Source of the DNA: Antedon mediterranea
Taxonomy: Eukaryota > Animalia > Echinodermata
Assembly: GCF_964355755.1 (NCBI RefSeq)
Contig: NC_092678.1
Coordinates: 12,026,352-12,090,351 of the forward strand
Direction of reading: 5' to 3'
Length of the DNA stretch: 64,000 nucleotides
The notes below the pieces were generated by a model. The model was not told where the DNA came from. It made no database searches and saw nothing but the letters and a program-made list of their open reading frames with translations. Both the position numbers and the translations under genes were made by a program. Positions 1-13,989 of the stretch are shown piece by piece (the first letter of the stretch is position 1; every line of letters starts with the position of its first letter).

Positions 1-2081
1 TAGCATGTTCATTCATAGCAAAAATTGTAAATGTGGGAAGCGCACATATCTTTCTATTTTCAATACATCAAATGGCCATCTGGTTGCTTTATATTTGGCA
101 CAGCATATCTACTGGATACACAGATAGTGCTTCATATAAATCACTTTATTTGTATGCATTTTCAATTCTGCAAGTTGAAAGGATGTTATCAAAATTTGAA
201 CTTTGAACTTTTACACAAATCTGGAAATTGTTGATGTTATTATAATATTGTTGATATCATTCAACTGACCTTTTGTGTACATTATAACAGCGTGAAACAA
301 TATTATTTGATTCAGTTTCTTGGTGTTTTGGAGCAGAAGAATGAAGACAATAGTGTTCATAACGAAGTGTAATCTTGCTGTGATTGTCTCAATTTGCTGA
401 CAGTGTGGTCACTTTCGTCCTTTGTTTATAACTTCTTGTTTGTGGTTTCCGCTGACCTTCATCACCATTAGAATTATGTATGTTCTTATAGTTGAATACA
501 ACTTGTCTTCCTTTTGTCTTCTAAGTTTAGTACATGTACTTTTTCCATTCATTAAGATGGACATTTTTATTGTTTGGCAACACTTTGGTCTTTCTAGATG
601 GTATTTGGAAAATCCTTTGTGCAGCCCTTATTGATGGCCAGTGGAGGATATGTACATTTATCAGAAAGTGAACAACTCTGTAGTGTTATAGCTTTCCAAA
701 TGTACTCAGTAAATCCGTCTGTGCTAGGAGTAAGGCCATCTCATTTGATCCAGTCAGTCCTTTTGTAGTAATTGATCTTCTAAGGCATGCAAGAATGTTG
801 ACTTTACTATTACAACATGTTACTATTATAGTGCCCAAATGAATAGTAGCTAATGAGAATCTAAACACCCTCTTCATATCAAGCTCTTAACAGACGGCAC
901 TTGTCATCATCAGGCATCCTTCAGTCAAGATTGACTATGGAGACGACATTGGAGAGAATTTCATCCGTTTTCCAGTGAGTCTGTGTGAGTTCCAGTGGCT
1001 GATCTAGATTTTCTTTTCAGATACCTTTCTTCATTTTCCATACGATATCTTTCTTTACTGTGTAGAAGTCCTGCCTTAATACAAAAGTCCTTAACAGACG
1101 GCACTTGTAATTCCACATAAAGACAAGATACCATTTGTGTATTGAAAATGGAAAGCTAGTTTGTCAGTGTACTCTTATGCAAAATGATCTTATTCTGGTA
1201 TTGATAGAAGAGCCAGATGATTCGGATAAGGAGGATGATTATGAGCAAGACGACATTATACTCAAGAATACAGTAGATAATTTGTTTGACCCTGGTTATA
1301 AAAATCTGGAAAACTTTAAAAAAAATTTAAATAAGAAAAGATTAAATAATGATGCAAGATACCAAATAACATTTGCTGCCATCTATTTGGTAAAGGTTGC
1401 CTGAACCAAAAATAAAAAACCAAAACAAACAACCATCCACTCCCACTTGTAATTTGCAATTGTAAAACAATAAAAAGTATTCACAAATTGGAAATAAGTT
1501 GGGTGAAAAGTGCCATAACAAGTCAGTAGAAACTTGTCTAAAAGACTTTGAAGTGGAATTTTTCACCAGAATGGTGATAAACACAGAATTTTGGGATTGA
1601 AAAGCAACCATGTAACATCAAGCTACGTGCACTGCCCTACTTTGAGAAAAGGGCTTGTCTACAAAATGCTACTTTTGATTAATCGACCGACAAAAGACAA
1701 AAATCTCAATTTTGAAAAAAATGTAAAAACAGTACAGCACCACAGCAGTTAACGTGTTTGGTGAACAGCAATTTCAATATAATATAATATAATTTCTTTA
1801 CGGGAGAAAAAAAAAATTAGAAAAAAAATGTGAAAAATTGGATTATTTAGGCCTTATTTATTATGACTATGTTTAAAAAAGTCCTTAGCAACGGAAAAAT
1901 TCTTCCTAGCAACGGCTTTTGGACCATAAAAAACTAATTTACCTATGTATTTTTGAAGAAAAAAAGACACAGCATGTTAACAAAAGCCATCAAATATATC
2001 GAAGTAAACAATCAAAATTTGTCTGAAATTTGTGTTTAGATAGTCTTTATATATTTTAGAATACTTTAGTATTGAATTGAA

Positions 2082-3714
2082 ATGGGATCTTCAAGAAATA
2101 AAGCCAGAAAAAGAGCTAGAAAGTTTCATGGTAACAAGCATAGTAAGCCCAGGCCTGATGATCAGAATGAGTCTGACAGTGACGCTCAAGAAGGTACTAG
2201 TACTAGGCCTAGCCTTAATTTATCTGCTTCAGCAATGAAATTGAAGAGATCTAGAGATAGTTCAGGGTCAGATAATGAATCTATAGGACTTGAACATTGC
2301 CAGGATGGATATGTATTTGTTAGTGTTGAGTTGCTATGTAGTTTTATTGAATGCAACACAAGATGTCATGAATGCAAATGTGCGGTCTCGTGCGGACTGA
2401 ATGTAAAAGCTAAACAAGGTTTCTGCCATTTCATCAGCGTTCAATGTACAGAGTGTGATTGGAGTACACAGTTTCAAACTTCCAAAGATGTTGAAAAAGA
2501 TGAATCTGTACAAGGAAAGCTCACAAAAGAGATAAATGTACGCATGGTGGCTTACGCCAGGGCAGTCGGAAAAGGACATTCATGCCTCACAAAACTTTGT
2601 ATATTGGCAAATTCACCCCCACCTATGACAGAGGATTGCTACAACAGCATATTTGAAAAAAGTTCTTGCAGCATCAACTGAAATTGCTAGAGAGAGCATG
2701 AGAAAAGCAGCAAGTGAAATAAGAACTGCCATATTGGTTGATACTGGGAAATGCGTAGATGTTGAGGTTCTCTCAAATATTTGCAAAAGTTGCAAACTAT
2801 GGGAGTGCAAGGACAAAGACTCTACAGAATACCTTTTCAGTGGAAAGAAATGCATATATGCAATATGAACCATGAGGGGTCAGCCGGTTCAATGGAACCC
2901 GAAGGCGCTGTCCGTATATACAAGCGAGCTGTTGAGACGAGAAAACTTCGCTATAAACATTATCTAGGTAATGGAGACACAGCATCATTTGCTAAAGTTG
3001 TAGCTGCAAAGCCATATGGCCCAGACTTTATTATTAACAAAATAGAATGTGTTGGACATGACTTCGCACGTTTATTAATAATAATAACGGTAAAAAACTA
3101 AAGAATGGTAGAGGCGTCAATGGAATCTTCCTGGAATGATGAAAGCAGTGAAAGCTGTGCTTCCACACATGGCATCTACAGATAACGACCCCCAGCACAA
3201 TACTTGTCCGACTGGCGAAGATAGTTGGTGTAACTATCAAAAGGACCCATCATCCTACAAACATCGATATGGGCTTCCAAAAGCTGTTGTTAAAGAAATC
3301 CAACCGATCTTCAACGATCTGGCCTCAAAAAGTCTATTAGAGAAATGCCTTCATGGGAAAACTCAAAATGTAAATGAATGTTTGAACAAACTTATTTGGG
3401 ACAGATGTTCAAAAGAATATTTTGTAGAGAGCCCTATTATAAAGGATGCTGTAAATATGGCTGTCAGCTATTTCAATGATGGATGCAGTAGCTTTTTGGA
3501 ACTTTTTCTTTTATTAAATATAACACCAGGAACTTTTACACAGTTGGCGTGCGAGAAAACCGACTCAAAAAGAATCATGCATGCAGAAAATAAAAAATCC
3601 GATCGACAAAAGCGTAGACGAACATCACTTAGACACATAAAAAAAGGGTGGAAGAAGGAGCAGTGTATACACCAGGGGGACATTAGGGGGGTTTTTGCTA
3701 AAAAACAACATTAA
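2082..3714 (+). mobile_element. Kolobok-type ('Mutator-like transposase' domain) DDE transposase relic, frameshifted and internally deleted
   Basis: Four consecutive ORF pieces carry CxxC...CxxC, EINVRMV, DTGKCVDVEVLSNICKSC, NHEGSAGSMEPEGA, YLGNGDT, KIECVGH and CLHGKTQNVNECLN. The expected DGTWQ segment before 'TAILVDTGK' is missing. Confidence 0.75.
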
Positions 3715-5232
3715 AAATGGACTTTTGCATGCGTAATGATATATTACAATGTGTATATTTACAGTATATGATTTTCCGCCTCCGTTTCCGCGGAACCATA
3801 TTTTGATCAATTTGGTATCTTTGAAACATGATAACTCAAACATTACTGCATCAATCTTGATGAAATTTGGTATACATACAGCACTAACTGTACTCTACTG
3901 CATGTATAAAATGAATAATGTTGTGTTTGTTAATAACTTAATTTACTCATATGAATATATAATGAGCCATCGAAAGTCGCATATGATTAATATTATCAAT
4001 CTGTCATAAAATATTTTAGGTTTTAAAGGTTCATGCAGTGTATTATGATGTAATAGATGTAATTACAAAGTTTGATTGAATTCCATTCAGCCAATTTTAA
4101 GATATGGTGTTTTAAAGATTTACTGTAATTTGATACGTTGGCGGCCATTTTGAATATATAATTAGCGCTAATTAAAAATTTTTTTGTGTAAATATAATTG
4201 TTATGACCTAATTTACAAATAAAACTTACTGTTACCTTTATTTAAACTAAAATTAAATAAATGACTTTTTTACCCATGTTCTACCTAGCTCTAATCTCTT
4301 GGAAATAAGGAATTGAACCCGACTGCGATTTTTACTTTTATACATATTTAGAAAAATGGATTTACATGCAAAGTAGAAGGAAGAGATAGGATAATAAGAT
4401 TTATAAAGTGCACATATCCACAAAGTGCTCAAGGCGCTTGTGAAAACCATGAAAAATACTGACCTTGAAACTAAAAACAAAACATTTTGAAAAAAGAAAA
4501 ACAAAATAAAAGCATACCCACATCACTACTTCCGTTTGCTGTTAATTTAAGGAAGACTGTGCAGTATTTAAACTTATATGTATTTTTTTTTCTTTAGGAT
4601 GGTGGAAGTTCTGAGTAGGAAAGTTTGATGAATTATTCAAATTACTCAGTAAATAATTCTATTGATATTTCAATGCCTAATACGGATTTCTTCATTCTTA
4701 AGTCTAGTGCCATTTTTCGAAATAACCATAACTGTGAAGGTGTAACAATCGATATCAATCTAGACAGAAGAGATGTGTGTTTGTTCAGGTTTTATAAGAA
4801 ATTGATCAGAGAAGAATAAACTTGATTTTGCATTCGGTACATGTTGTATGAGACTCCTTTTTGTTGCATACTTAAGACAGACAGTTCTGTTATTTATTTG
4901 TTAATTTTGTAGCTTAAGTTAGTTAAGATAAAAGGTACCAAGCTTGATTAGCTTCGGCTATACCTTGGCTACCTTTTGTATTAAATTGTTTTTTTGTTTG
5001 ATACAATAAAGAAGAAGAGAGAAGTTAGACCTTCGGTCCAAATTGTTCATTCGTTTGATATTTTAAATCAGCCGGTAACTGTATTATAATCATAATATTA
5101 TTATGATGATAAGTCTGTCGAGGAATTTGCAACAAAAGAACCAAGCAACCAACAACTAAGCAAGCGCAAATAATTAAGAAGAAAGCTTTATATTCCGTTG
5201 CAACTGATTTTTCAGAAGATGGGCTATCTATA

Positions 5233-5600
5233 TGGAAATTGGCAGTTTGAATTGGTCAGATTTGCCTTAAACAACATTGGAATTATTAGTACAGCTGAAC
5301 AGATCCAATTTCAATAATTGCACACCTTACTACCAATATCAACAACGTAGATGGCATGCCACTTTTTGCTGGTATGCCATGGTCTGAGTATTTATTGTCC
5401 ATGGCAAGAAATGGCACTTTGGTGCCACCTGATATTACAAGCTGTTGCTGAAATATGCAGTATAGTAATAATTGTATTTTCATCGATTGGAACTGAGGCA
5501 GCCACAGTAATTCGACCACTTAATAGTATTTCAATTTCAACAATAACATTAGGACATTATGCAGAGAATCATGGGGAACATTATGTATGCGTCTCTAGTA
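5233..5600 (+). pseudogene. OTU-like cysteine protease domain relic, probably TE cargo
   Basis: Across frames: GNWQF (GNCQF-like), WSEYLLSMARNGT, HLILQAVAE, IIVFSS, LGHYAENHGEHYVCV. Contains stops and frameshifts. Confidence 0.55.
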
Positions 5601-6924
5601 GTATTAACAGTAATGACAATGCAGAAGAAATGAACTCCCCAAACAAATTCCAAAATAACACTGATACTATGTCATCAAGTTATAGTATTCCAACCGAATA
5701 CACAGGAAACCTTGCATACACCAGCCGAAAATACAAGCAAGATAAATGTCCTTCGTCTAGATCAAAATTCACATTTCCCATGCGAACATCAAGCAGACAA
5801 ATGTGTTGCCAAACGAAATCCTTGAAAAAATTATTATATTTGTGATACACCGATATCAACTCCAGTTTTTCTAAGTCAAATTTGTACATTTAACAGTCTC
5901 TATATGTACATAACCAAGTTAATGCAATAACAAAACGGGACATGCATGGTACTAGGAATACACATGCCATCTGGAGAACCTGGAACAATAAGTGTTAGAA
6001 AACTTATAAAAACATTTGGTACAATCAGTGGCCTTTTATTAGAAATTCGAAGGATCATAAGCAATGCAAAATAGGCAAATGCATGGATTGATCTTTAAAG
6101 TGCAGGTTACGGATGGTTTATTATATTAAATGTTTTCTTGAAGGAAACAAAAAAAAAGTCATCATAAATAAATGTTATTGGTCCAAAATGTAACTTTATT
6201 TTTACAATTTACTTTTTTTAAGAAAGGATTAGCCCAGGCATGAGTTTTAAAACATTTTCAATTATAGTTTATACTGCAATAGGGAAAACACCCTGATTAA
6301 TTATGCAAAACATTTTCAATTATACTGCAATAGGGAAAACACACTGATTAATTATGCAAAACATTTTTTAATCTTTTCGTTGTCTAAATTGTGATTTTTA
6401 AGCTTAAGTCTATAAACTACAGTACTTAATTTAAAGTAAATCGATCATAGTGTTCTGAGTTATAATTTTAATTTTCATATAGTTTAATTTATGCCGCTTT
6501 GGTACAGCATTTGTTTTGTATGTGTTTATGATCGTAGTTTTATTAAGAATATACTCCTAAAGATATTATGTATAAAGAAATTATGTACCTCTATTAAAAA
6601 CCCATCCAGATTAGAGGAAATTACTTTTTTTATTTGGAAGTACAATTGTAAACTAAAGTACTCAAGAAAATTATTTACATTCATTTTCTATTATATTCTA
6701 GTTGAATGTAGTTCTTCTGTGCATTTTAATATTGATTCAAATTAAAAACTAGTTTACTAGTTGATATATAATACTACTGTTTTCTTTTATTGATATCAAA
6801 ATTGACTCAATGTTGTTTAGATTTACAGTAGCTGCCCGTTTCATGGAAAAAGTGTCCTGATGATTCAATTGCAGGAATTAAAATGATAACGTGCTATGAC
6901 AAGAAACAAGTGAAAGGACATCTA

Positions 6925-7070
6925 CTGGCATCATGTTTAGATTTACCAGCCAGAGCAATAGTGTCAAACATGAAACACTTTAATGGTTGGTTTGGCTTTT
7001 TGTTTAGATGAAGGTATAATAACAAGACCTAATGCCCCGATTCATAGATACTACCCATTCACAGACAACA
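6925..7070 (+). mobile_element. EnSpm/CACTA (CMC) transposase fragment
   Basis: Translates to CLDLPARAIVSNMKHFNGWFG...DEG, the conserved DLPA...NG.FGC motif. Confidence 0.6.
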
Positions 7071-7310
7071 ATTAAATCAAACTATCATGCAAGGTATAAC
7101 AAGACCGAATGCCCCGCTTCATAGATACTACCCATTCACAGACAACAATCAAATCAAACTATCATGCAAGGTATAACAAGACCGAATGCCCCGCTTCATA
7201 GATACTACCCATTCACATCAAACTACCATGCCAGGTATAACAAGACCGAATGCCCTGCTTTATAGATACTACCCATTCACAGACAACAATCACATCAAAC
7301 TAACATGCAA
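7010..7310. repeat. ~76-bp tandem repeat, about 4 copies
   Basis: Unit aggtataacaagaccgaatgccccgcttcatagatactacccattcacagacaac... recurs at about 7012, 7092, 7168 and 7233. Confidence 0.9.
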
Positions 7311-8750
7311 TTGCAAGACGCCAGAACTGCTGCCATAACACGCCAGTCATCTTAAAAAAGGTGTTTTTTTGTCTGGTAGGCCTAATAGTAATACATTTAC
7401 ATACAATTTCTATAACAGCCCCAAGACTTTAATTTAGTAAGGGAAAAATTATACTCTTCCGCGATTTAGCAGACCCGAATGGATCTAATTGTTAAATACG
7501 TACTGTCAAAGGTCACATTTCTGGGCATAACATGGAAATTATTTCATTAAAGTCAATATAAACATTTGTGTTCTAAACAATTTGAAACCAATTTCAAGTT
7601 TATGACAAACGGTTTAAAATAGAGATGTGATATTGTATAAGAATGGTGTTAAAAATTAAAGTTAAATATGAAAGAACTAACCCATGCCAACCCCGAAAAC
7701 TACTTTCAGAGCTGACGTCCATTCAAAATCGAGGAGGTTATCGTTGGATGAGCCAAGCGTACATCAGCTCGATTCCTGGGGGAAATATACTGCTAAGTGC
7801 AGCCATTCAAGTAAAGTGCTAAAAGTTTTTTGTTTCTGGGGTGTAAAGACGTATGAAAGGCATACTTATTTCAGGCATCAACGTCTGTACCTTATTCCCC
7901 GCTATAACGAATGTGTGGAAAATGCACAAGAAAAATTACTTGCTGCTTCTCGTGATAATAGGTGATAACAGATACAGTACATTGTTGGACGTCAAGAAGA
8001 ACAAAATCTTAACAAATGGAACTTGTGCAGGTAATATGTCTTACTTTCTAATGGTTGTTGTACAAATATATATTATTCAGTGAAAAAAATGCTATCAACA
8101 AATTTTTCTCATAATTTTTTGAGTTAATGAAGTAGGTGGAAGCTACCATATGGAGTTGGAGGGATTAAAGAGGTGCTTAAACATTCTGAAATCAGCCAAA
8201 GTTACAGTTGGTTCCATTATCACCATACAGATTGGCACTCGGATTAAAAAATGGCTGAGGGAAAAGTATAAAGAAGTAATCCACTACTTTGATATCTGGC
8301 ATGTGGCTAAAGGTATACAAATACCCGTTTTGAAAAAATGATTACTTTATTCTAGTTTCAACAAAAACAAACATACAGTAATATGTTCGTTGCAAAAAGT
8401 GCTTTGCTCTACAAAAGATATTCAGGTATCAGGTTTTAAAGGCTGTCGGCAACAGAGTGTACTCCATATACTACTAACTTAATGAATTTATTTAGAGTTT
8501 GAAAAAGAAACTAGCGGTTCTGGAGAAAAAGAAAGGGTTCAAGTTGATTTCAAAATGGCGACGGAGCATTATCAACCACTTATATTGGTCTGTTGTTTTA
8601 AGTAAAGGATATGGCGAATTGGCACTGGCTAAATGAGAATCGATGTACTGTAGGATCTAATATTGCAACTGATAGTGGTAGTATTGGTCCCAAATAGAAA
8701 GAGACCTGTTTCGTATGGATAGAGTTCTGTAATAACAATTCGTTTTTTTC

Positions 8751-9837
8751 GCCCCTTTCTCACAGACGTGCCGGTATCGTTACGGAAATATATACTGGCT
8801 TTCTGTGAGAAAAAAAAAAGGAGTCTGGCATATTCGGCCAATAAAATGTCTGACAAAATAATTATTGAGGGTGTTTTCTATTGTTATTAATTTTGTCTAG
8901 CGGCGAATCTTAAGTTACAGATTATTGTCTTCCGTAATAGTATATTGTGCATATATTATACAGGCACAGCAATTAAATAGCTGTCATTGGTGTAAACACT
9001 TGTGATATTTCTAAGTATCATCTGTACTCATTCATTCATTCATTCATTCTTTATTTAGCCTTAAAAATCGAAATACATTTAAAACAAGGTAACAAAAACG
9101 AGACAGGTGGAAATCTAAGGAGGCAAGGATAAGCAAAAGCAATTATATAATCGCTGTAGCTCGCAGGCTTGCTTATCCATCTTTAGACAGGTCCCAAATC
9201 TCATAGCACAGGTATGCAATTAGCACCCTGTGTGATAACCACATTATCCTGTGTATAACCACAATGAATATTATTATTATTACTATCATTTTATACCAGT
9301 AGATTAGAATACTTTTAGTTAAGATACTTTCACTTGTATATTGAACATCGAAAAATCATATTAGCAACTACGCCTCGTGTATACTTTATAAACTATAACA
9401 AAATAAGTTTACAATCGGCAATTTGTAAAACACAGTAGAAGGAGAAATCAGGCTGTACAATTTACAAGGCGACAAAGGATCAGGCACCAAGAAAGAGATA
9501 TGGCCTATAGATTATATGCTACAAATTTCTTCTTGTCCCCTTATTTTAAGCAGCTCTCTTATCTCATTATCCCTCCAGTTCGACATTATTATTGTTAATT
9601 AAATTGAATCAGTGCTAAAGTGATACACTTAACAGCGTTATGTTCTCACAGAATGCCGTTATCACAGAATGCCTGTCTCGCATTGCGGGGAATATCCCTA
9701 GTAATATTACTAGGTCTAAAGCAGGTCATGTCGATGCCGCATGATGCCAAGACAAGTTCTCATAGAAAACCATACCGGCATGGTAAATGGTATATTCTTG
9801 CAACATTCCTGGCACACAGCTCTGTGGAAAAGGGGCT
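8751..9837. mobile_element. Non-autonomous TIR element (PIF/Harbinger-like MITE), copy 1
   Basis: TIRs gcccctttctcacaga / tctgtggaaaaggggc. The interior is homologous to 30664-31492. Confidence 0.8.
9025..9200 (-). mobile_element. 3' tail of a LINE/SINE inside the MITE
   Basis: On the minus strand: stem-loop (ggataagcaa...ttgcttatcc), then AATAAA and a (GAAT)n tail. Absent from the second MITE copy. Confidence 0.5.
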
Positions 9838-10259
9838 TTAAAGGCACAGAATGTTGTGAGCAGATGTTTTGGGCAGGAGGTACCTCAGGAAAGATGTTGT
9901 GAAAATGTCCCCACTTGGTCAGACATTTGGAGTAGAAGGTTTCCACACAATAATCAACCACTTTGCTAAAAAAATGTACCACTTTGGCTATGCGGGTATG
10001 AAGAGCAGGTACTGTACATTCTCTTAATGATACATAAATCAAATTCCACATGACATATGTACAAATTTTTGTACCAAGGTCTTTTAACCTGTCAAAATTG
10101 TAATGAGGTATCCTGTTGTGAATTGTTTACACAAACACAGCAGGGCCCTTGTACCACAAATCTGTTTCATTGGGACTGCTATACACTTTACAAATTAAAG
10201 TAGTATAGTGTCTAGGTGGCCTTGAACCACTGGTCATCAGTGATTAAGGGGTCATAAAA

Positions 10260-10607
10260 CCTTGACTCAGAAATACCGGGATAGTTTAACCCTAGCTTAA
10301 GTTGTGCATGCTTCATTTACTCTCTATTTTTAATTCTGGCCCCGAAACCTTGACTCAGAAATACCGGGATGGTGTCCGGCGGGGGATAGTTTTACCTTAG
10401 TTAAGTATAGTTAAGCTTAGTTACATTTTTTTTTTTTTTCACATTATTGATTGTCTCCATCCCCGAAACCTCAACTAAGAAATACTGGAATGGTGTCCGG
10501 CGGGGGATAGTTTATTACCAATAGTTAAGGTCCTATGTAAAGCACCTAGAGGGGTCAGTGATCCATTAGGCGCTATATAAATACTGTTTATTATTATTAT
10601 TATTATA
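10260..10607 (+). mobile_element. L2-type LINE/SINE 3' end with internal duplications
   Basis: tgtaaagcacctagag...aggcgctatataaat followed by (TTA)n. The motif ccttgactcagaaataccggga occurs 3 times, one copy diverged. Confidence 0.55.
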
Positions 10608-11129
10608 AATCATCAGAATTGGTGATTAAGAGCTTTTATTGCACCCAAGTGAGGCTCTCCTCATCAGGGTATGGTTGTGTTTATGAACATTTAAAGTATC
10701 TTCTCCCTACTGTTTACAGACTTCTAGTTATCCGGCTACTCATGGCCTTACTTTCAGCCTGATTTGCATGATTATCTCATAAAATACATTGTTTAATCCA
10801 GCAAGGTCGCCTTCAACTCCCCTGAGGACAAGCCAACCCTCCAAATTTGCCAGGCTGAGGTTGGTCTGGATAACCCAGGTGGTAGTACTCAAAAAAGCCA
10901 TTAAGGGTCGTTAAGGCATGATTAATGACCCCAAAAGATGACAAGTTATCCAGATACTTGCTGTTCATAAACGGGCCCTATGACTGGAAATTTATCTAAG
11001 GGGCTTGTACATGTAATGATACATTGTCTTTTATTATCAAACATTTAAAAAGTTTTATGATTGCATGGAATTGATGATGTCGAGCTCCTTGTACCATTAT
11101 GATACAATCTGTCCATGCTTGGAGAACTA

Positions 11130-11337
11130 GGCGTGTACTGGATGACCATTGGCGTGTACTGCATGACGATTGGTGTGTACTGCATGACGATTGGTGTGTA
11201 CTGCATGACGATTGGTGTGTACTGCATGACGATTGGTGTGTACTGCATGACGATTGGTGTGTACTGCATGACGATTGGTGTGTACTGCATGACGATTGGT
11301 GTGTACTGCATGACGATTGGTGTGTACTGCATGACGA
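11130..11337. repeat. 21-bp minisatellite, about 10 copies
   Basis: (gattggtgtgtactgcatgac)n, near-perfect. It accounts for the four repetitive ORFs called here. Confidence 0.97.
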
Positions 11338-12028
11338 TAAATGATAAATGTAAACTGAAGGCAGAGGAGGCGTTCCATAGTATTATACCTCCATGTTCTA
11401 TTGATGGTAGTTTTTCCAGTGCTATAAATCTTTTATTTACACATCTTGTAATAAAGGTTTTAACAGACCAATCTCATTTTCTCTTTATTAATCATAAAAT
11501 CAGAGTCTCTACTCTCAAGATGGCGAAAACACATCATCAACTACAGGAACTTCTCGAGGGATGATTTATATGGTAAGTAAACCAGGTTCATTGCCATAGA
11601 TGTACTTAAAAATGCACTTAAAGCATTTCCTGAGGAAGGTTCATTGCCACAGAATAATGAGTGCAAGAAATACAAGTAACAAAACTTTTGTGATAATATT
11701 TATATTGTAAAATTATAACAATGTTTACAAAATAGAAAACAGAGGGCCCGAAAATTGAAATTTACCAGTAATTCCGGCTGTGAAGTCGCATGCAGTAATA
11801 AAATTTTTCCTCTAGCTATTTAACAAACGAAGAAAAAAGTCCACCAAATTTAGAGGTAAATTCAGCCTACGGGCATATAATAAATCTGCAATCGATGTAA
11901 ACATCCGGCCGTGGGTCGTGAAGCTAACTCACAATCCTCTGCTCGAGCTCACAGTCACATGGGTTAGCTTTTTCTATAAATCTATATTTGATTGGTTTTG
12001 GTTTTAGCATAAATATTTTTCTATTTAA

Positions 12029-12854
12029 AATGGTTTGGGTGGAAGAAGCCACATATGCTTTGATCAGCATTTGGGGAAATGCGAAAATAAAAGAAGCAGC
12101 AATATTTACGTGAAGAATAAAGCCAAAATGGACGAACTTGAAAATAAATTAAAAATAAATGTAAGCATTTAAAGAGGCATTATGTCGAAGAGAAGGATGA
12201 GCAGAACAAGTCGGTCGAATGGCAGTACTTTGAGGTTCTTAATGATGTGTTTGGCAATAGGCCAGCGACTAAACCAATACATGTGGGCCTGCAGACTTCT
12301 GTCAATCCTAGGGTGACGTTGTATAAGACAGATATTGGCTTATCTTGAAAATTATCTTAAATTTATTTAAGATAGAATTTTTCTACCTTTTAATTCACAG
12401 GCAGAAAAAAGATGAAGAACAGCCTTGTTTACCGAGTTGACAGAAGCACTTGCCCAGTCAAATAAAGACTTTTATGAGTGGCAAGAAAGAGCAGCCAATG
12501 AAAGGAGGCGAGCTGAAGAGCGAGAAGAACGTAGATTGACCAGAATGCATGATGGTGATTCAAGCTTTGGGAACGATGCTTCGCCCTCAAACATTTCAGC
12601 ATCCGCCTAGAACATTCCCCCAACAACCAGCACCACCACAAAATCAATTTTACCAACAACCTACCATCAGTTTCCAAGGTGGACATTGGCCAGCTACATC
12701 CAATCATCAGTTTAACCAATCGTCTTTGGTTGGTTCCCAAGGTGGACATTGGCCAGCAACTCAACAACATGGACATTTTCTATCCACATCCACTAAATGG
12801 CCATCTCCACAAATGCCAAATATTGATGGTCATTTCCATCATCAACCATGGTAA
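12029..12854 (+). pseudogene. Myb/SANT (trihelix-like) DNA-binding protein relic, typical Harbinger accessory gene
   Basis: MVWVEEATYALISIWG...WQYFEVLNDVFGNRPATKP, then an intron (acceptor ~12400), an acidic coiled coil and a P/Q-rich tail. Frameshifted. Confidence 0.6.
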
Positions 12855-13989
12855 TATTGTGTTTAAACTAATCTCAATTCATCCAGTCCATAAAGCAATA
12901 CAATTTAACCCGTAAATGCATGATGGTGATTCATTAAGTTCAGAAAAACAATGCACATGTAAAATTAATGCAATAACTTTAATTTTTTATCTAGTTGTTC
13001 AAGTGAGCATGCTTGTTATGTAATATGTTTTGTATTACGAGTACGTGCAATTATTCCAATAAACAGTAAACAAAACTTTATTAAAATGTTTATGTAATAT
13101 AACTCACAACTTTCCGGTGGTCATACATGTCTTTATATTTTTTAATAATGTGTTTTTTAATAAATTTACTGAAAATGATTTTGTTGAGTCACACATAAAA
13201 AGAACTGCTGAATTTGTTTCACACAAAAACTAATTTTCCGCGAGTTCCGCGATTATATACCCCATTACTTACTCAACCATGAAAGTGAAGTCTCTTGCGG
13301 TAATGAGGCAAAATCACTCAAGCCTGATTTTCTCGCGGAACTCATGAATATTAATTAATATCGCAAGACTCGCGAAGCCTTACAATATCGCGGAAGTATT
13401 GCCGATACTGGAGAATATAGTGTTTAACTCGACGTTTGTAACGCTTTGCTGGCCAGGTATTACGGTAATTTATTTTTTTACGGAAGAACAAATTATATAT
13501 TTATTTTTAAGCATCTTGAGCCGGTTACCACCCCCGTACCGTACATTATTTTTTTATTGAATAAAACTTATAATAATATTAATAGGGTAAATCCGTAAAA
13601 CAACTGGATATATATAATTTAAATATCACGTTATTTTATACAAAAACAAACAGAGTTGTATATTTTTGTGAACTCTTGACAAAAGAAAAAACAAAACAGT
13701 TTGAAGGGAAGCATCTTTTATTATTACAGTAGTTACAATTATTTTAAGAACGATATAGTATATAAGTACAATGCATTGTATAAACTATCGTACACAATAC
13801 ACAGAATCCACTCTCAGTTGCAGAAAATTTGTGTGTGCATACGTAAAACGCATTTGCTCTCCGCGAAAAACTTAAAACATCTCTTGTTCTATTTTTTGTT
13901 AATACTAATCGATAATGGCTACAAATTCCGATCATTTAAATTTGATTTACGAAGGCGACAAACGTGAACTCCACGATTTGTTGCAAGAG

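Larger units (their letters stand above)
7684..10010 (+). mobile_element. Kolobok (T2-like) intron-containing transposase relic, interrupted by a MITE
   Basis: NEVGGSYHMELEGLKRCL, HYFDIWHVAKG and W.RSIINHLYWS precede the insertion. KMSPLGQTFGVEGFHTIINHFAKKMYHFGYAGMKSR follows it and ends at a GT donor. Confidence 0.7.

Noticed and set aside
300-1404. Coding-like stretches on both strands and a 19-bp direct repeat cttaacagacggcacttgt (~886, ~1090)
   Set aside because: No family motif recognised. A minus-strand relic here cannot be excluded.
1390-4240. Possible Kolobok termini taaaggt...accttta
   Set aside because: Only about 7 bp match and there is no clean TTAA duplication, so boundaries were not called.
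11045-11564. Repetitive ORFs (MQYTPIV)n and (VLHDDWC)n
   Set aside because: They arise from a stop-free 21-bp minisatellite that is open in several frames; nothing indicates coding.
11765-13411. ccagta...tactgg ends around the Myb/SANT relic
   Set aside because: The match is too short and lacks a convincing TSD.
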